Assembly (NCBI GenBank): GCA_050730895.1
Contig: JBOHNV010000001.1
Coordinates: forward strand, 1 to 61,670
DNA: 61,670 bases
Reading direction: 5' to 3'
DNA from: Candidatus Microsaccharimonas sp.
GTDB taxonomy: Bacteria; Patescibacteriota; Saccharimonadia; Saccharimonadales; Saccharimonadaceae
This document shows, piece after piece, positions 1 through 9,690 of this stretch. How positions within the stretch are numbered: position 1 is the first letter of the stretch; the number at the start of each line of letters is the position of its first letter. The notes beneath the pieces were generated by a model. That model had not been told where the DNA came from, searched no databases, and saw only the letters and a list, made by a program, of their open reading frames with translations. The translations under genes and the position numbers were made by a program.

Positions 1-75
1 ATTCAAGGCTTAAGACAACCGCATCCAAATTGCCAGCCCCCTCGCTTTCCCTTTACAACATGCTAGAATAAGCAT

Positions 76-732
76 ATGTATTTTGAGAGTCGCATCCACG
101 CCGGTCAACAACTGGCCGCCGAACTTTTCGAGCGCTATCGTTACGAAAACTGTGCTGTCGTCGCCCTTAGTGACGGCGGAGTATTAGTGGGCGAACAGAT
201 TGCCGCACAGCTACACTGTGTACTCACGATGCTTATCGTTGAAGATATTGAGGTGCCAGGCGAGAGCCTCTCGTTTGGAGGTGTCTCTCAAAATGGTAAC
301 TTTACCTATAATAGTGAATTTTCTACCGGAGAAATCGACGGGTTTACCAGCGAATATCACGGCTACCTTGAAGAGCAGAAGCGCGAAGCCTTCCAGCGCA
401 TTAACCGGCTACTAGGTGAGGGCGGGCTTATTGACTACGACTTGTTGCGCGATCGAACCGTTATTCTTGTCAGCGACGGTTTTGAAGATAGCACGGTAAT
501 TGATGTTGCGCTCGACTTCCTGAAGCCGATACGTACTCAGCGGCTGGTTATTGCCGCACCGGTTGCTTCGAGCGAGGCGGTAGACCGATTGCACGTGGCA
601 GCCGATGAGCTCCATATTCTTGATGTGAAGGTCAATTATTTTGATACTGACCACTATTACACACAGAACGTATTACCGACACACGAAGAGACGGTTGAGC
701 GAATTAATAAAATCATCCTCAATTGGCGTTGA
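76..732 (+). CDS. Phosphoribosyltransferase-family protein (degenerate PRPP motif)
   Basis: F.SR..AG..LA N-terminus, GGV.VG, VILVSDG and APVAS motifs match the uncharacterised PRTase family. Confidence 0.75.
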   Translation: MYFESRIHAGQQLAAELFERYRYENCAVVALSDGGVLVGEQIAAQLHCVLTMLIVEDIEVPGESLSFGGVSQNGNFTYNSEFSTGEIDGFTSEYHGYLEEQKREAFQRINRLLGEGGLIDYDLLRDRTVILVSDGFEDSTVIDVALDFLKPIRTQRLVIAAPVASSEAVDRLHVAADELHILDVKVNYFDTDHYYTQNVLPTHEETVERINKIILNWR

Positions 733-804
733 CCCAACTGGGTGTAAAAGTGTAGAATAATTAGCAACAGGTTCTGAGAGGCCACAAGTTATAAAAGGGG
801 AAGC

Positions 805-1107
805 ATGTTAGACGTTTTTATTACATCACGGGTGCGACGCAAGATCGTTGTTGTGTATGCCAAATATCCAGACTTTCGTACCCACGTCCGTGGACTTGCG
901 AAACTCATTAAAGAGGATCCGGGCAATATTCAACGTGAGCTCAAGCGTCTTGAAAAAGTTGGCTTCCTCCTCAGTGAACGTCAAGGTAATACTAAGATTT
1001 ACGCTACGAACAAACAGTTCCCAATCTTTAAAGAACTACAAAGCATCGTTATTAAGTCGCAGCAGCACGCCTCTCGGCCAAAGCGCACTTCAACCGATGT
1101 AGCCTAG
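805..1107 (+). CDS. Winged helix-turn-helix protein (ArsR-like; resembles the HTH domain of HTH-nucleotidyltransferases)
   Basis: VRGLAKLIKEDPGNIQRELKRLEKVG..GN.KIY..N..FPIFKEL pattern; AGGGG SD upstream. Confidence 0.75.
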   Translation: MLDVFITSRVRRKIVVVYAKYPDFRTHVRGLAKLIKEDPGNIQRELKRLEKVGFLLSERQGNTKIYATNKQFPIFKELQSIVIKSQQHASRPKRTSTDVA

Positions 1108-1128
1108 TCTCCACTAGGGGGAGATTTC

Positions 1129-2823
1129 ATGGATTTATTTAACCGCATTCTCAAAGCTCGGGATATCACGCCCGAAAAGAAGGCGGTTTTTTTATCGCCC
1201 AGTTACGATGCGAAGCACGACCCGTTTTTATTGCCTGATATGCAGGCTGCAGTCGACCGCTTAGCCATGGCGCACGAAAAGCAAGAACGCATTACTATTT
1301 ACGGCGACTACGATATCGATGGCCTCACAGCGACAACAGTGTTGATTGATTCGCTCGCGAGTTTTGGATTCGAGCACGTAAAAGCATTTATTCCAAACCG
1401 TTTTACTGAAGGGTACGGCTTAACAGTCGATGCTATTGAGCGCATTGCCGAACAAGGGGCTGACCTAATCGTTACGGTAGACTGTGGAAGTCTCAGTCAC
1501 AAGGAAATTATCCGTGCCAAAGAGCTGGGCGTCGATGTTATCGTGACCGATCACCACAACGTTGCACCCGAGCAACCGCCGGCAATTGCCGTTATTAACC
1601 CAAAGCGACTCTTGCAAGACTACCCAGACGAATATGACCATTATCTTTTGAAGCCCGAATCAAAGCTAGCTGGAAAAATTTATCCATTCCTCGATTTACC
1701 AGGGGTAGGGGTGGCGTTTAAGTTGGTGCAAGCATTGCAAACCAAGCTTCCTGGTCTCGAGCCTGGCCAGGAAAAATGGCTGCTCGACCTCGTGGCGCTC
1801 GGAACCGTGTGTGATGTCGTGACGTTGGTCGACGAAAATCGCACACACGTATTTTGGGGACTAAAAGTCCTTTCGCGTACTCGCCGGCCAGGTCTAAAGG
1901 CGCTCATGGCGGTGTCTGGCGCTCGCCCGGAAACGGTCAATGCGCGGAGCTTAGGTTTTGGTCTTGGGCCCCGTATGAACGCAGCGGGGCGGCTCGAAAC
2001 TGCGCAATATGCGCTGGACATGCTTATTGCTACCGACCCCATGAAAGCGTTGCAGCTTGCGCGTCAGCTTGATGAAATGAATCAAGCACGCCGTAAAGAC
2101 CAAGACGAGATTTTGAAAGAGGCGATTATACAGGCAGAAACGCTCAAGGATGACCCGGTGCTTGTCGTGAGCGCACCTGGCTGGAACCACGGTATTGTTG
2201 GTATCGTGGCGGCTAAGCTTTTAGAGCGCTACCAAAAACCAACCTTCGTATTGGCCGAGCACGAAGCCGAAACAAAGGGTTCGGCACGGAGTTATGGTGA
2301 CTTTAGTGCGGCCGACGCAATCCGCGCAGCCGACGATATTATTACAAAAGGGGGTGGGCATAAGCTCGCGGCCGGAGTAACACTTCCGACCGAAAACGTT
2401 ACGGCATTTCGTGCACGAGTGAACGAATTCTATCGGGCGGAAAAGCTCGCGAATCAAGCTGCGTTGTTATTACCATCCGCCGATGTGGATGCACGGCTCG
2501 ATGAACTGAACGAGGCGCTCGTCGACCTTATTGCAACGCTTGAGCCATTTGGAAGCGGCAACCCGCAGCCGATTTTGCGCACCGAAGGCCTTCGCGTTTT
2601 TGGCGTTCGTCGCATGGGTGACAGCGGTCAGCACGTAAAGCTCACACTCCAAGACGAACGGGCAAATAAAATTGATGCCATCGCATTTAACGCGCCGCCA
2701 CACTTCTTTGTAGAGCTAGGTGACGTTATTATTGCTTGGTATCGCGTTGATATTAATGAATGGAATGGTCGTCGCTCGGTCGAGGGGCAGTTGCTCCACC
2801 TTGAACTCGCTGACTCGGTTTGA
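1129..2823 (+). CDS. recJ: Single-stranded-DNA exonuclease RecJ
   Basis: GDYDIDG, TVDCG, TDHH, GPRMNAAGRL, GGH..AAG and LEPFG.GNP motifs. Confidence 0.97.
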   Translation: MDLFNRILKARDITPEKKAVFLSPSYDAKHDPFLLPDMQAAVDRLAMAHEKQERITIYGDYDIDGLTATTVLIDSLASFGFEHVKAFIPNRFTEGYGLTVDAIERIAEQGADLIVTVDCGSLSHKEIIRAKELGVDVIVTDHHNVAPEQPPAIAVINPKRLLQDYPDEYDHYLLKPESKLAGKIYPFLDLPGVGVAFKLVQALQTKLPGLEPGQEKWLLDLVALGTVCDVVTLVDENRTHVFWGLKVLSRTRRPGLKALMAVSGARPETVNARSLGFGLGPRMNAAGRLETAQYALDMLIATDPMKALQLARQLDEMNQARRKDQDEILKEAIIQAETLKDDPVLVVSAPGWNHGIVGIVAAKLLERYQKPTFVLAEHEAETKGSARSYGDFSAADAIRAADDIITKGGGHKLAAGVTLPTENVTAFRARVNEFYRAEKLANQAALLLPSADVDARLDELNEALVDLIATLEPFGSGNPQPILRTEGLRVFGVRRMGDSGQHVKLTLQDERANKIDAIAFNAPPHFFVELGDVIIAWYRVDINEWNGRRSVEGQLLHLELADSV

Positions 2824-2848
2824 AAATTCAATCCGCTCATGGTTAACT
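2820..2848 (+). promoter_or_regulatory. Putative promoter of pilin gene 1
   Basis: TTGAAA-N17-TTAACT with extended TG; same layout at 3922-3950. Confidence 0.5.
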
Positions 2849-2856
2849 AAATAGCA

Positions 2857-3432
2857 ATGAAGCAGTGGGCACAAAAACAAGCAGGGTTTACAATTGTTGA
2901 ACTTTTAATTGTCGTCGTAGTGATTGCGATTTTGGCAGCAATTACGATCGTAAGCTTCTCTGGTATTCAACAGCAGGCGAAAGTAACATCAATTGTTGAT
3001 GCTGCTGGTAAGTCACAGCGCATGATTATGGCGTATATTGCCAAGAACGGTACGTATCCGTACACGGGGAGTTCGTATGCATGTATTACTACTGAATCAA
3101 CTTGCCGCCGTAACAGCGGGCCCCTCGCAAATGTTGCTACATTCGACACTGAAATGGCGACTATCGGTTCGACGCCAAAATCGACACCGCTCGCTACCGA
3201 TATACGAGGCGGAATTACGTACCAATATAATGCCAGTCGAACAGTTGACGGCACTCCGGCGCCAGCGGTCCTTGGGTATTATTTGCCGGGTACTAACGTC
3301 GATTGCGGATTTCCCGTGCTAAACGGTGATAGCACAGCAGCGGTGACGGTATCGAGCAAATATACCAATGGGAATGTCGGAAGTAGTAATACTACTCAGT
3401 GCGTAGTAAGTATTCCTGGACCGGGCGTTTAA
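2857..3432 (+). CDS. Type IV pilin-like protein (prepilin N-terminal cleavage/methylation motif)
   Basis: G|FTIVELLIVVVVIAILAAITIVSF class III signal; Cys pairs in the variable domain. Confidence 0.92.
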   Translation: MKQWAQKQAGFTIVELLIVVVVIAILAAITIVSFSGIQQQAKVTSIVDAAGKSQRMIMAYIAKNGTYPYTGSSYACITTESTCRRNSGPLANVATFDTEMATIGSTPKSTPLATDIRGGITYQYNASRTVDGTPAPAVLGYYLPGTNVDCGFPVLNGDSTAAVTVSSKYTNGNVGSSNTTQCVVSIPGPGV

Positions 3433-3435
3433 AAA

Positions 3436-3891
3436 CTACGCTTGAAACGAAGCAATTATCTTTTGTAATCCGGTTTTTAACGACGTAGCAGTTGCTGTGA
3501 GTTCGTTAATGTAACTTTTCTTACCTGGAAATGTAATGTCTCGCACAAGTCGGAATAGAATAATAAACTTTGGCGTTTGCACTACTTCTGATGTGTTTTG
3601 AATTTCATCAACCAGTGACTTCACGAGGCCTCGCTGCTCTTTATTTTGTGCAGGGTTTACTAATTTAATAATTAACCCGGACATAAGCGCTACAATGGTT
3701 CCGGCCAGCGTACCAAGAATAACTGGAGCCAGCAGCAACCACCACCAGCCGCTCAGCGTTGTAAGCCAGATCAACAAAATAATAAGCACGAGGGCGACTC
3801 CACCCGCAATACACACCACCGGAACATATACGCGGCGTGCGAATTCGGCACTAACGGCACGAATGGCGATCACGAGGGGAGTAAGTATCAT
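3436..3891 (-). CDS. Hypothetical membrane protein (2 TM)
   Basis: Two hydrophobic helices; TATACT 6 nt upstream of the ATG on the minus strand. Confidence 0.65.
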   Translation of the reverse strand: MILTPLVIAIRAVSAEFARRVYVPVVCIAGGVALVLIILLIWLTTLSGWWWLLLAPVILGTLAGTIVALMSGLIIKLVNPAQNKEQRGLVKSLVDEIQNTSEVVQTPKFIILFRLVRDITFPGKKSYINELTATATSLKTGLQKIIASFQA

Positions 3892-3921
3892 ACATCTAGT
3901 ATACTCGCTCGCCGGCGTTCA

Positions 3922-3950
3922 TTGAAATAACGTTTTCGGTATGGTTAACT
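3922..3950 (+). promoter_or_regulatory. Putative promoter of pilin gene 2
   Basis: TTGAAA-N17-TTAACT, ATG 8 nt downstream. Confidence 0.5.
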
Positions 3951-3958
3951 GATAGGTA

Positions 3959-4534
3959 ATGAAACGGTGGGCGACAACAAAACACGCAGGCTTCACGATT
4001 GTGGAGCTTCTAATTGTTATTGTGGTGATTGCAATTTTGGCGGCGATTACCATTGTTGCCTATACGGGCATTCAAGCCAGCGCAACGGATGCACGCATCA
4101 AATCTGCTGTATCGCAAATCGAAAAAGCGGCATACACTTGGTCAATTAAACGTGGCGAAATTCCTTCAGGTACTGGATACGCAAGTACTTCAAAGAACGA
4201 TGACGGTACATGTACCGGAGGTAGTGGCGGTTGGGTGAAGTCCGGGTCGTATTATACCTGCACCTTAGAGGACATACTGCTGGCGGACGACCTTATTCCG
4301 ACCGATTTTCTTTCTGGGCTTCCGCCAAATAAGATCTACGGCAACACGAGCACTCAAACGCTCATGTTCTATCCGTGTGGTGGAGCTACTTCTCGAACGT
4401 ATGCGCTCTATTACTATCTACAGGATCCTACTGCCGAGGATGCTGCGAGCGTAAGCGCAGCCGAAGCCGCAGGCTGCTCAACGAGCCCAAGGATCAATTA
4501 CGGTATGCGTGGGGCTAAACTCCTAGGATTCTAA
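3959..4534 (+). CDS. Type IV pilin-like protein
   Basis: G|FTIVELLIVIVVIAILAAITIVAY; four Cys in the variable domain. Confidence 0.92.
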   Translation: MKRWATTKHAGFTIVELLIVIVVIAILAAITIVAYTGIQASATDARIKSAVSQIEKAAYTWSIKRGEIPSGTGYASTSKNDDGTCTGGSGGWVKSGSYYTCTLEDILLADDLIPTDFLSGLPPNKIYGNTSTQTLMFYPCGGATSRTYALYYYLQDPTAEDAASVSAAEAAGCSTSPRINYGMRGAKLLGF

Positions 4535-4604
4535 CAAAGGTACGGTTCCGGAATACGGTAGGGTACTTGCAGATATTCGTCTCATCTGTTAAAATAACGG
4601 AGAT

Positions 4605-4820
4605 ATGGTACAAGTAACACGTAAAGACGAACGCGAAGCAAACGAAAACATCATTCGTCGCTTCAACCGTAAAGTGCTCCAAAGTGGTGTATTAGCTGAG
4701 GCTAAGGCATCTATGCGCTTTAACAAAGACATCAGCAAGGTTGAACGCCGCAAGAAGGCGATCATCCGTAAAGAGCGTAAGGCCGACAAGCTTGCAAAAG
4801 CTCGTCTTGGCGTTCGCTAG
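4605..4820 (+). CDS. rpsU: 30S ribosomal protein S21
   Basis: E..E..IRRF.RKV...G.L.E, basic C-terminus, followed by yqeY. Confidence 0.9.
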   Translation: MVQVTRKDEREANENIIRRFNRKVLQSGVLAEAKASMRFNKDISKVERRKKAIIRKERKADKLAKARLGVR

Positions 4821-4822
4821 GA

Positions 4823-5287
4823 ATGTCTAAAGTGACGCTTAAGTCACAAATCGATAACGATATAAAAACCGCTCTTTTGGGCGGTAATCGTTTTCGTGCG
4901 GCTGTGCTGCGCGACTTCAAAGCCGTTATTCTCAACGAAGAAGTTGCACAGAAGAAACGCGAAGAAGGCCTCGACGACGCTTCAATTGAGAAGCTATTTG
5001 CCCGCGAGGTGAAAAAGCGTCAAGAAAGCGCAGCTCTCTACGAAGAGGCTGGACGCGCCGAGCTTGTTGAAGCTGAAATTTCAGAATCTAAGATTCTCGA
5101 GGAATATCTTCCTGAGCAACTCTCTGAAACAGACATCAAAAAGACTGTCGATGAAACGATTGCAGCGCTTGGTGTGAGCGGCCCGCAGGCTATGGGACAA
5201 GTAATCGGTGCAGTAAAGGGCAAGCTTGGCAACGCTGCCGACGGCGCTACAATCGCGCGCCTTGTAAAAGACGCGCTGACCGCCTAG
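4823..5287 (+). CDS. yqeY: GatB/YqeY domain protein
   Basis: EVKKRQES...Y...GR, YLPEQLS, MGQVIG, ADG motifs. Confidence 0.92.
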   Translation: MSKVTLKSQIDNDIKTALLGGNRFRAAVLRDFKAVILNEEVAQKKREEGLDDASIEKLFAREVKKRQESAALYEEAGRAELVEAEISESKILEEYLPEQLSETDIKKTVDETIAALGVSGPQAMGQVIGAVKGKLGNAADGATIARLVKDALTA

Positions 5288-5347
5288 TTGCGATGAAACC
5301 TCTTTTGAGTGCTATAAAAAATAAACAAGAACAGGTAGTATAAAGAA

Positions 5348-5896
5348 ATGATTATCTTTTTCGGTCCCGCAGGTGCGGGAAAAAGCATGCAAGGGCAAAT
5401 TCTAGCAGCACGCCAAGGTTGGCGCTGGTTAAGTGCCGGACAAATCTTGCGTGACACACATGATGCTGAGCTCTCGCAGCTCATGCACGAAGGAAAACTC
5501 GTACCTCACGAAGCAATTACGCGCATTATGGGCGGCGCTATCTCGAAGGCAGGTGATATCGACCAGGTTATCCTCGATGGCTTTCCTCGTGAGTTTGCTC
5601 AGGCTGAATGGCTCGTCGAAAGCAAGACCGACCACGGCCGCGACATCGGTCTCGTAGTAGTACTCGAAGTCCCACGCGCCGAATTATTAAAGCGTCTGCA
5701 GATTCGTGGCCGTGTTGACGACACTCCAGAGGCAATCGATCAACGCCTTCAGATTTATCGTCAAGAAATGTATCCGATCCTTGGGCTCTTTACTGAACGT
5801 CACATTCCAGTGGTACACATCGATGGTGTGGGTACCGTAGGAGAAATCCATGACCGCATTTTTGCCGAATTACAACACCGAAACCTCGTTTCATAA
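5348..5896 (+). CDS. adk: Adenylate kinase family (short, LID-less)
   Basis: GPAGAGKS P-loop, LDGFPR, RGRVDD; directly upstream of map. Confidence 0.88.
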   Translation: MIIFFGPAGAGKSMQGQILAARQGWRWLSAGQILRDTHDAELSQLMHEGKLVPHEAITRIMGGAISKAGDIDQVILDGFPREFAQAEWLVESKTDHGRDIGLVVVLEVPRAELLKRLQIRGRVDDTPEAIDQRLQIYRQEMYPILGLFTERHIPVVHIDGVGTVGEIHDRIFAELQHRNLVS

Positions 5897-5910
5897 GAAA
5901 GAATACTGAT

Positions 5911-6663
5911 ATGCAAAAGCCAAAGACCGAAGCTGAAATTCAAGCAATGCGCGACGGAGGAAAAATCCTCGCGCAGATTTTTGAAGGGCTAAAAAAACAA
6001 ATAAAGCCGGGTGTTTCTGAAAAAGAACTCGATGCCTGGGTAGACACCGAAATTAAAAAGCGTGGCGCAATTGCCACCTATAAAACCAGCGAAGTAAACT
6101 TTCCGGCGGCTATTTGTATTTCTACAAACGAGCAAATCGTTCACAGTATTCCTAGCGACTACGTGTTGCAAGAGGGTGATGTTGCGAGCTTCGACCTTGT
6201 CATTACCTATAACGGTATGAAGACCGACAGCGCATTCACAACTGTAGTGGGCGGCAAGGCAAACGGTGCTCAAAAACACCTCATTAACGCAACTGAACGC
6301 AGCTTGTATGCGGGCATCGATGCAATCAAAGGTCCAGTACGTATTGGCGATATAAGTGCAGCCATCGAAAAAGTTCTAAAAGAAGCTAAGCTGGGTATTA
6401 TTCGCGAACTCGTTGGCCATGGGATCGGTCATGAAATGCACGACGGTATTGAAATTCCGAACTACGGTAAAAAGGGGAAGGGCGGCTTGCTTACTCCTGG
6501 CGATACGATTGCTATTGAACCAATGGCCACGCTTGGCGGCGAAAAAATCCAAATGGATGCCGATGACTGGACTATTAACACCCGGGATGGCAGTCTTGCC
6601 GCTCACTTTGAACACACGGTGCTTATTACCGAAGACGGCGCCGAAATCTTAACGCAGCTCTAG
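5911..6663 (+). CDS. map: Methionine aminopeptidase type I
   Basis: CIS.NE..VH, GHGIG..MH, AIEPM, AAHFEHT. Confidence 0.97.
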   Translation: MQKPKTEAEIQAMRDGGKILAQIFEGLKKQIKPGVSEKELDAWVDTEIKKRGAIATYKTSEVNFPAAICISTNEQIVHSIPSDYVLQEGDVASFDLVITYNGMKTDSAFTTVVGGKANGAQKHLINATERSLYAGIDAIKGPVRIGDISAAIEKVLKEAKLGIIRELVGHGIGHEMHDGIEIPNYGKKGKGGLLTPGDTIAIEPMATLGGEKIQMDADDWTINTRDGSLAAHFEHTVLITEDGAEILTQL

Positions 6664-6670
6664 GGGTCGT

Positions 6671-7087
6671 ATGGAACAGCCAAAAAACTACAACGAGCTT
6701 CTACAATCGGTCACACCACCCAAGACCTTGATGGATGTATCGCTTGATTCCGAGGATGTAGTAGAGGTGCGCAATGCGTTTTTTGGCGATGTCCGCCAGC
6801 GTCTTGAAAAAGAATTTAGCCACGGCGCGTTGTTTGCGGCCCTTTCTGTACAAAGAATTATTTCACCGCCGCAGCGCGGGCGTGCACACGTTGATATGAG
6901 CGATGAGCTCACACTCGTCAGCTCCATACACCACCCGTCGCCACTCGCGATTGCATTAGAAACAAGCGAGCATGGAATGTCCGTTGTGACGTTCAGCCTT
7001 GTGCCAATTCATAAGTTTGGCAACAGGGCGCTCCAAGCTTTAAAACAAGCCGACGAAGCCTTTAGTATCGCAACTTTCCACGACTAG
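6671..7087 (+). CDS. Hypothetical protein
   Basis: 138-aa ORF filling the map-ftsA gap with AGGGG SD; no recognised motif. Confidence 0.55.
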   Translation: MEQPKNYNELLQSVTPPKTLMDVSLDSEDVVEVRNAFFGDVRQRLEKEFSHGALFAALSVQRIISPPQRGRAHVDMSDELTLVSSIHHPSPLAIALETSEHGMSVVTFSLVPIHKFGNRALQALKQADEAFSIATFHD

Positions 7088-7126
7088 GTATTGTCGACCG
7101 CTACCACAAGCGGTATACTGAGGTCT

Positions 7127-8368
7127 ATGCAAGAGTCGTCTTCTTATGCTGTCGGTCTCGATATCGGAACTACCAAGGTTCGCGCCGTTGTGGCGCACGT
7201 TGATAGTTCCACCGGGGTACCTACAATTGTAGGTGTGGGACAGGCAGCAAATACCGGTATGCGCAAGGGTGTTATTGTTAACCTGCAGGGTCCTGGTCGA
7301 GCTATCGACGAGGCACTTCTTGAGGCCGAACGAATGAGCGGCTACGAGGTGCATGGTGCTACCTTTAGTGTGAACGGTTCACATATTCTTACCACGCATG
7401 CCGACGGAATGGTAGCGGTCAGTGGCACTGAGCACGAAATTAATGACGAAGACCTGAACAGACTAAACGAAGTAGCTACCACTGGTAAGGTGCCAGCTAA
7501 CCGTGAAATTCTTAAAGTTGTTCCGCATGCTTACAAGCTTGATGGGCAAGAAAACATCAAAGATCCAATTGGCATGACTGGTACACGCCTTGAAATCGAC
7601 GCACATGTTATTTCATCACTTACTCCGTACCTTGTGAATGTTGAAAAGGTGGCCGAATCTGCACAAGTGGCACCACATGACATTATTCCAACTGCCATTG
7701 CCGCATCACGCGCGGTACTCAGCGAGCAGCAGCTCGAAAACGGTGTTGCTGTTATCGACCTCGGCGGCTCAACTACCAGCATCGCTGTGTACGAAGAGGG
7801 CGACCTCCAGTACGTTGGCGTTGTGCCGATTGGCGGTACAAACATCACTAACGACCTTGCGATTGGCCTTAAAACCGACCCTGCTGTAGCAGAAGAGGTG
7901 AAAGTAAAGCACGCAACTGCAACAAGTCATAGCGAAGGCCAAGGTGTAAGTGTGAAATGCGAAGGCGATATCCATACCTTTACCACCGAAGATATCAATG
8001 AAATTGTTGAAGCTCGCCTCGAGGAAATCTTCGAAGGTGTTCAATTCCACCTTAAAAAAGCGGGCCGTGCTGGTAAGCTGCCAAGCGGTGTTGTGCTCGT
8101 AGGTGGCGGTTCAAAGCTCAAGCACATTGCTGATTACGCAAAAGAGGCCTTGGGGCTTGCGGCGCGTCTCGGGCATCCTGCAGGCTTCGGTGGCGTTGCC
8201 GACGACATCGACACTGCCGAATTTGCTACTGCAATTGGCCTTATGCTCATCGACTCTGAACAAGCTGTCCGCGACAAGCCTCGTGGAAACGGTGCGAAGT
8301 TTAAAGCACCTTCAAGTAAAGATCTAAAGGGTAAAGCATCGAAAATACTCGGTTGGTTTAAGCCATAA
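7127..8368 (+). CDS. ftsA: Cell division protein FtsA
   Basis: GLDIGTTKV, IDLGG.TT, GG..IT.DLA, VLVGGG; start placed at ATG 7127 after TTGTCG-N17-TATACT. Confidence 0.96.
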   Translation: MQESSSYAVGLDIGTTKVRAVVAHVDSSTGVPTIVGVGQAANTGMRKGVIVNLQGPGRAIDEALLEAERMSGYEVHGATFSVNGSHILTTHADGMVAVSGTEHEINDEDLNRLNEVATTGKVPANREILKVVPHAYKLDGQENIKDPIGMTGTRLEIDAHVISSLTPYLVNVEKVAESAQVAPHDIIPTAIAASRAVLSEQQLENGVAVIDLGGSTTSIAVYEEGDLQYVGVVPIGGTNITNDLAIGLKTDPAVAEEVKVKHATATSHSEGQGVSVKCEGDIHTFTTEDINEIVEARLEEIFEGVQFHLKKAGRAGKLPSGVVLVGGGSKLKHIADYAKEALGLAARLGHPAGFGGVADDIDTAEFATAIGLMLIDSEQAVRDKPRGNGAKFKAPSSKDLKGKASKILGWFKP

Positions 8369-8469
8369 ATTATTTGTTCGAACACATAAATATCACCCTA
8401 TGTACCCTTGGCTACTGCATGGTATACTAGGGGATAGAGATAAGCTACCATCAAGGGGAGAAGACAGGC

Positions 8470-9684
8470 ATGCCTGAAGTAAAACCAAGTGATATACAGA
8501 CCTTCGCCAGCATTAAAGTTGTTGGTGTCGGTGGTGCCGGCGGTTCAGCCGTCAACCGTATGAAAGAAGCTGGCCTTGCCGGTGTGCAATTTATTGCCAT
8601 GAACACCGACGCACAAGCGCTGCACAATAGTAAAGCAGATATTAAAATTCACCTCGGACATACCGCTACCGGTGGTCTTGGCGCTGGTGCCGACCCAACA
8701 AAGGGTGAAGCCGCTGCACAAGAATCACGCGAAGACATTCGCCAGTCACTCGAAGGTGCCGATATGGTCTTTGTTACCATTGGTGCTGGTGGTGGTACTG
8801 GTTCAGGTGCCGGCTATGTTGTTGCCGAAGTTGCCCGCGAAATGGGCATTTTGGTGGTTGGTGTTGCTACAAAGCCATTCAGCTTTGAAGGCGAAAAACG
8901 CCGCCAAAACGCCGACTGGGCGATTACTCAACTTCGTCGTCACGTCGACACGCTTATTACGATTCCAAACGATCGTCTTCTCCAAACCATCGATCGTCGT
9001 ACACCACTTCTTGAAACCTTTAAAATTGCCGATGACGTGCTTCGTCAGGGTGTACAGGGTATTTCCGAGCTTATTACTGAGCACGGGCTTATTAACCTCG
9101 ACTTTGCCGACGTAAAGGCAATTATGAGCAATGCCGGTTCAGCCCTTATGGGTATTGGTCGCGCCAGTGGCGACAACCGCGCCGCACAAGCTGCGCAACA
9201 AGCTATCGAATCGCCACTTATCGAAGTATCGATCGACGGCGCTAGGGGCGTTCTATTCAACGTTACTGGTGGCTACGACATGAGCATGTCTGAAATCCAA
9301 GAAGCCGCTGAAATCATCACCAGCGCTGTTTCACCAGACGCCAATATCATCTTTGGTGCAACGCTTAAGCCAGACATCGATGACGAGCTCATTATTACGG
9401 TTATCGCAACCGGGTTCGACACTGCGTACTTCCAAGACGAAGACCCAGCAACCGAACAAGCCGACCCAGAAGTTGCCGAAAAAATGGCCGCTGCCATTGG
9501 TGACGAAGAAGTCGCTGCAATCGACATGAACCTCGACCACACTGAGGCCGCTGCAATCTTCAACGAAGAACCAAGCGAAAACATGTGGAACCAACAACAA
9601 GTTGAAGAAAACGACGAATCAGACACCCCAGCCTTTCTTCGTCGTCGCAAAAAGAACAAGAAAAACAAGAAAGACGAGGAGTAG
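8470..9684 (+). CDS. ftsZ: Cell division protein FtsZ
   Basis: GGGTGSG tubulin signature, NLDFADV, C-terminal DTPAFLRR plus Lys tail. Confidence 0.99.
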   Translation: MPEVKPSDIQTFASIKVVGVGGAGGSAVNRMKEAGLAGVQFIAMNTDAQALHNSKADIKIHLGHTATGGLGAGADPTKGEAAAQESREDIRQSLEGADMVFVTIGAGGGTGSGAGYVVAEVAREMGILVVGVATKPFSFEGEKRRQNADWAITQLRRHVDTLITIPNDRLLQTIDRRTPLLETFKIADDVLRQGVQGISELITEHGLINLDFADVKAIMSNAGSALMGIGRASGDNRAAQAAQQAIESPLIEVSIDGARGVLFNVTGGYDMSMSEIQEAAEIITSAVSPDANIIFGATLKPDIDDELIITVIATGFDTAYFQDEDPATEQADPEVAEKMAAAIGDEEVAAIDMNLDHTEAAAIFNEEPSENMWNQQQVEENDESDTPAFLRRRKKNKKNKKDEE

Positions 9685-9690
9685 TCATTC

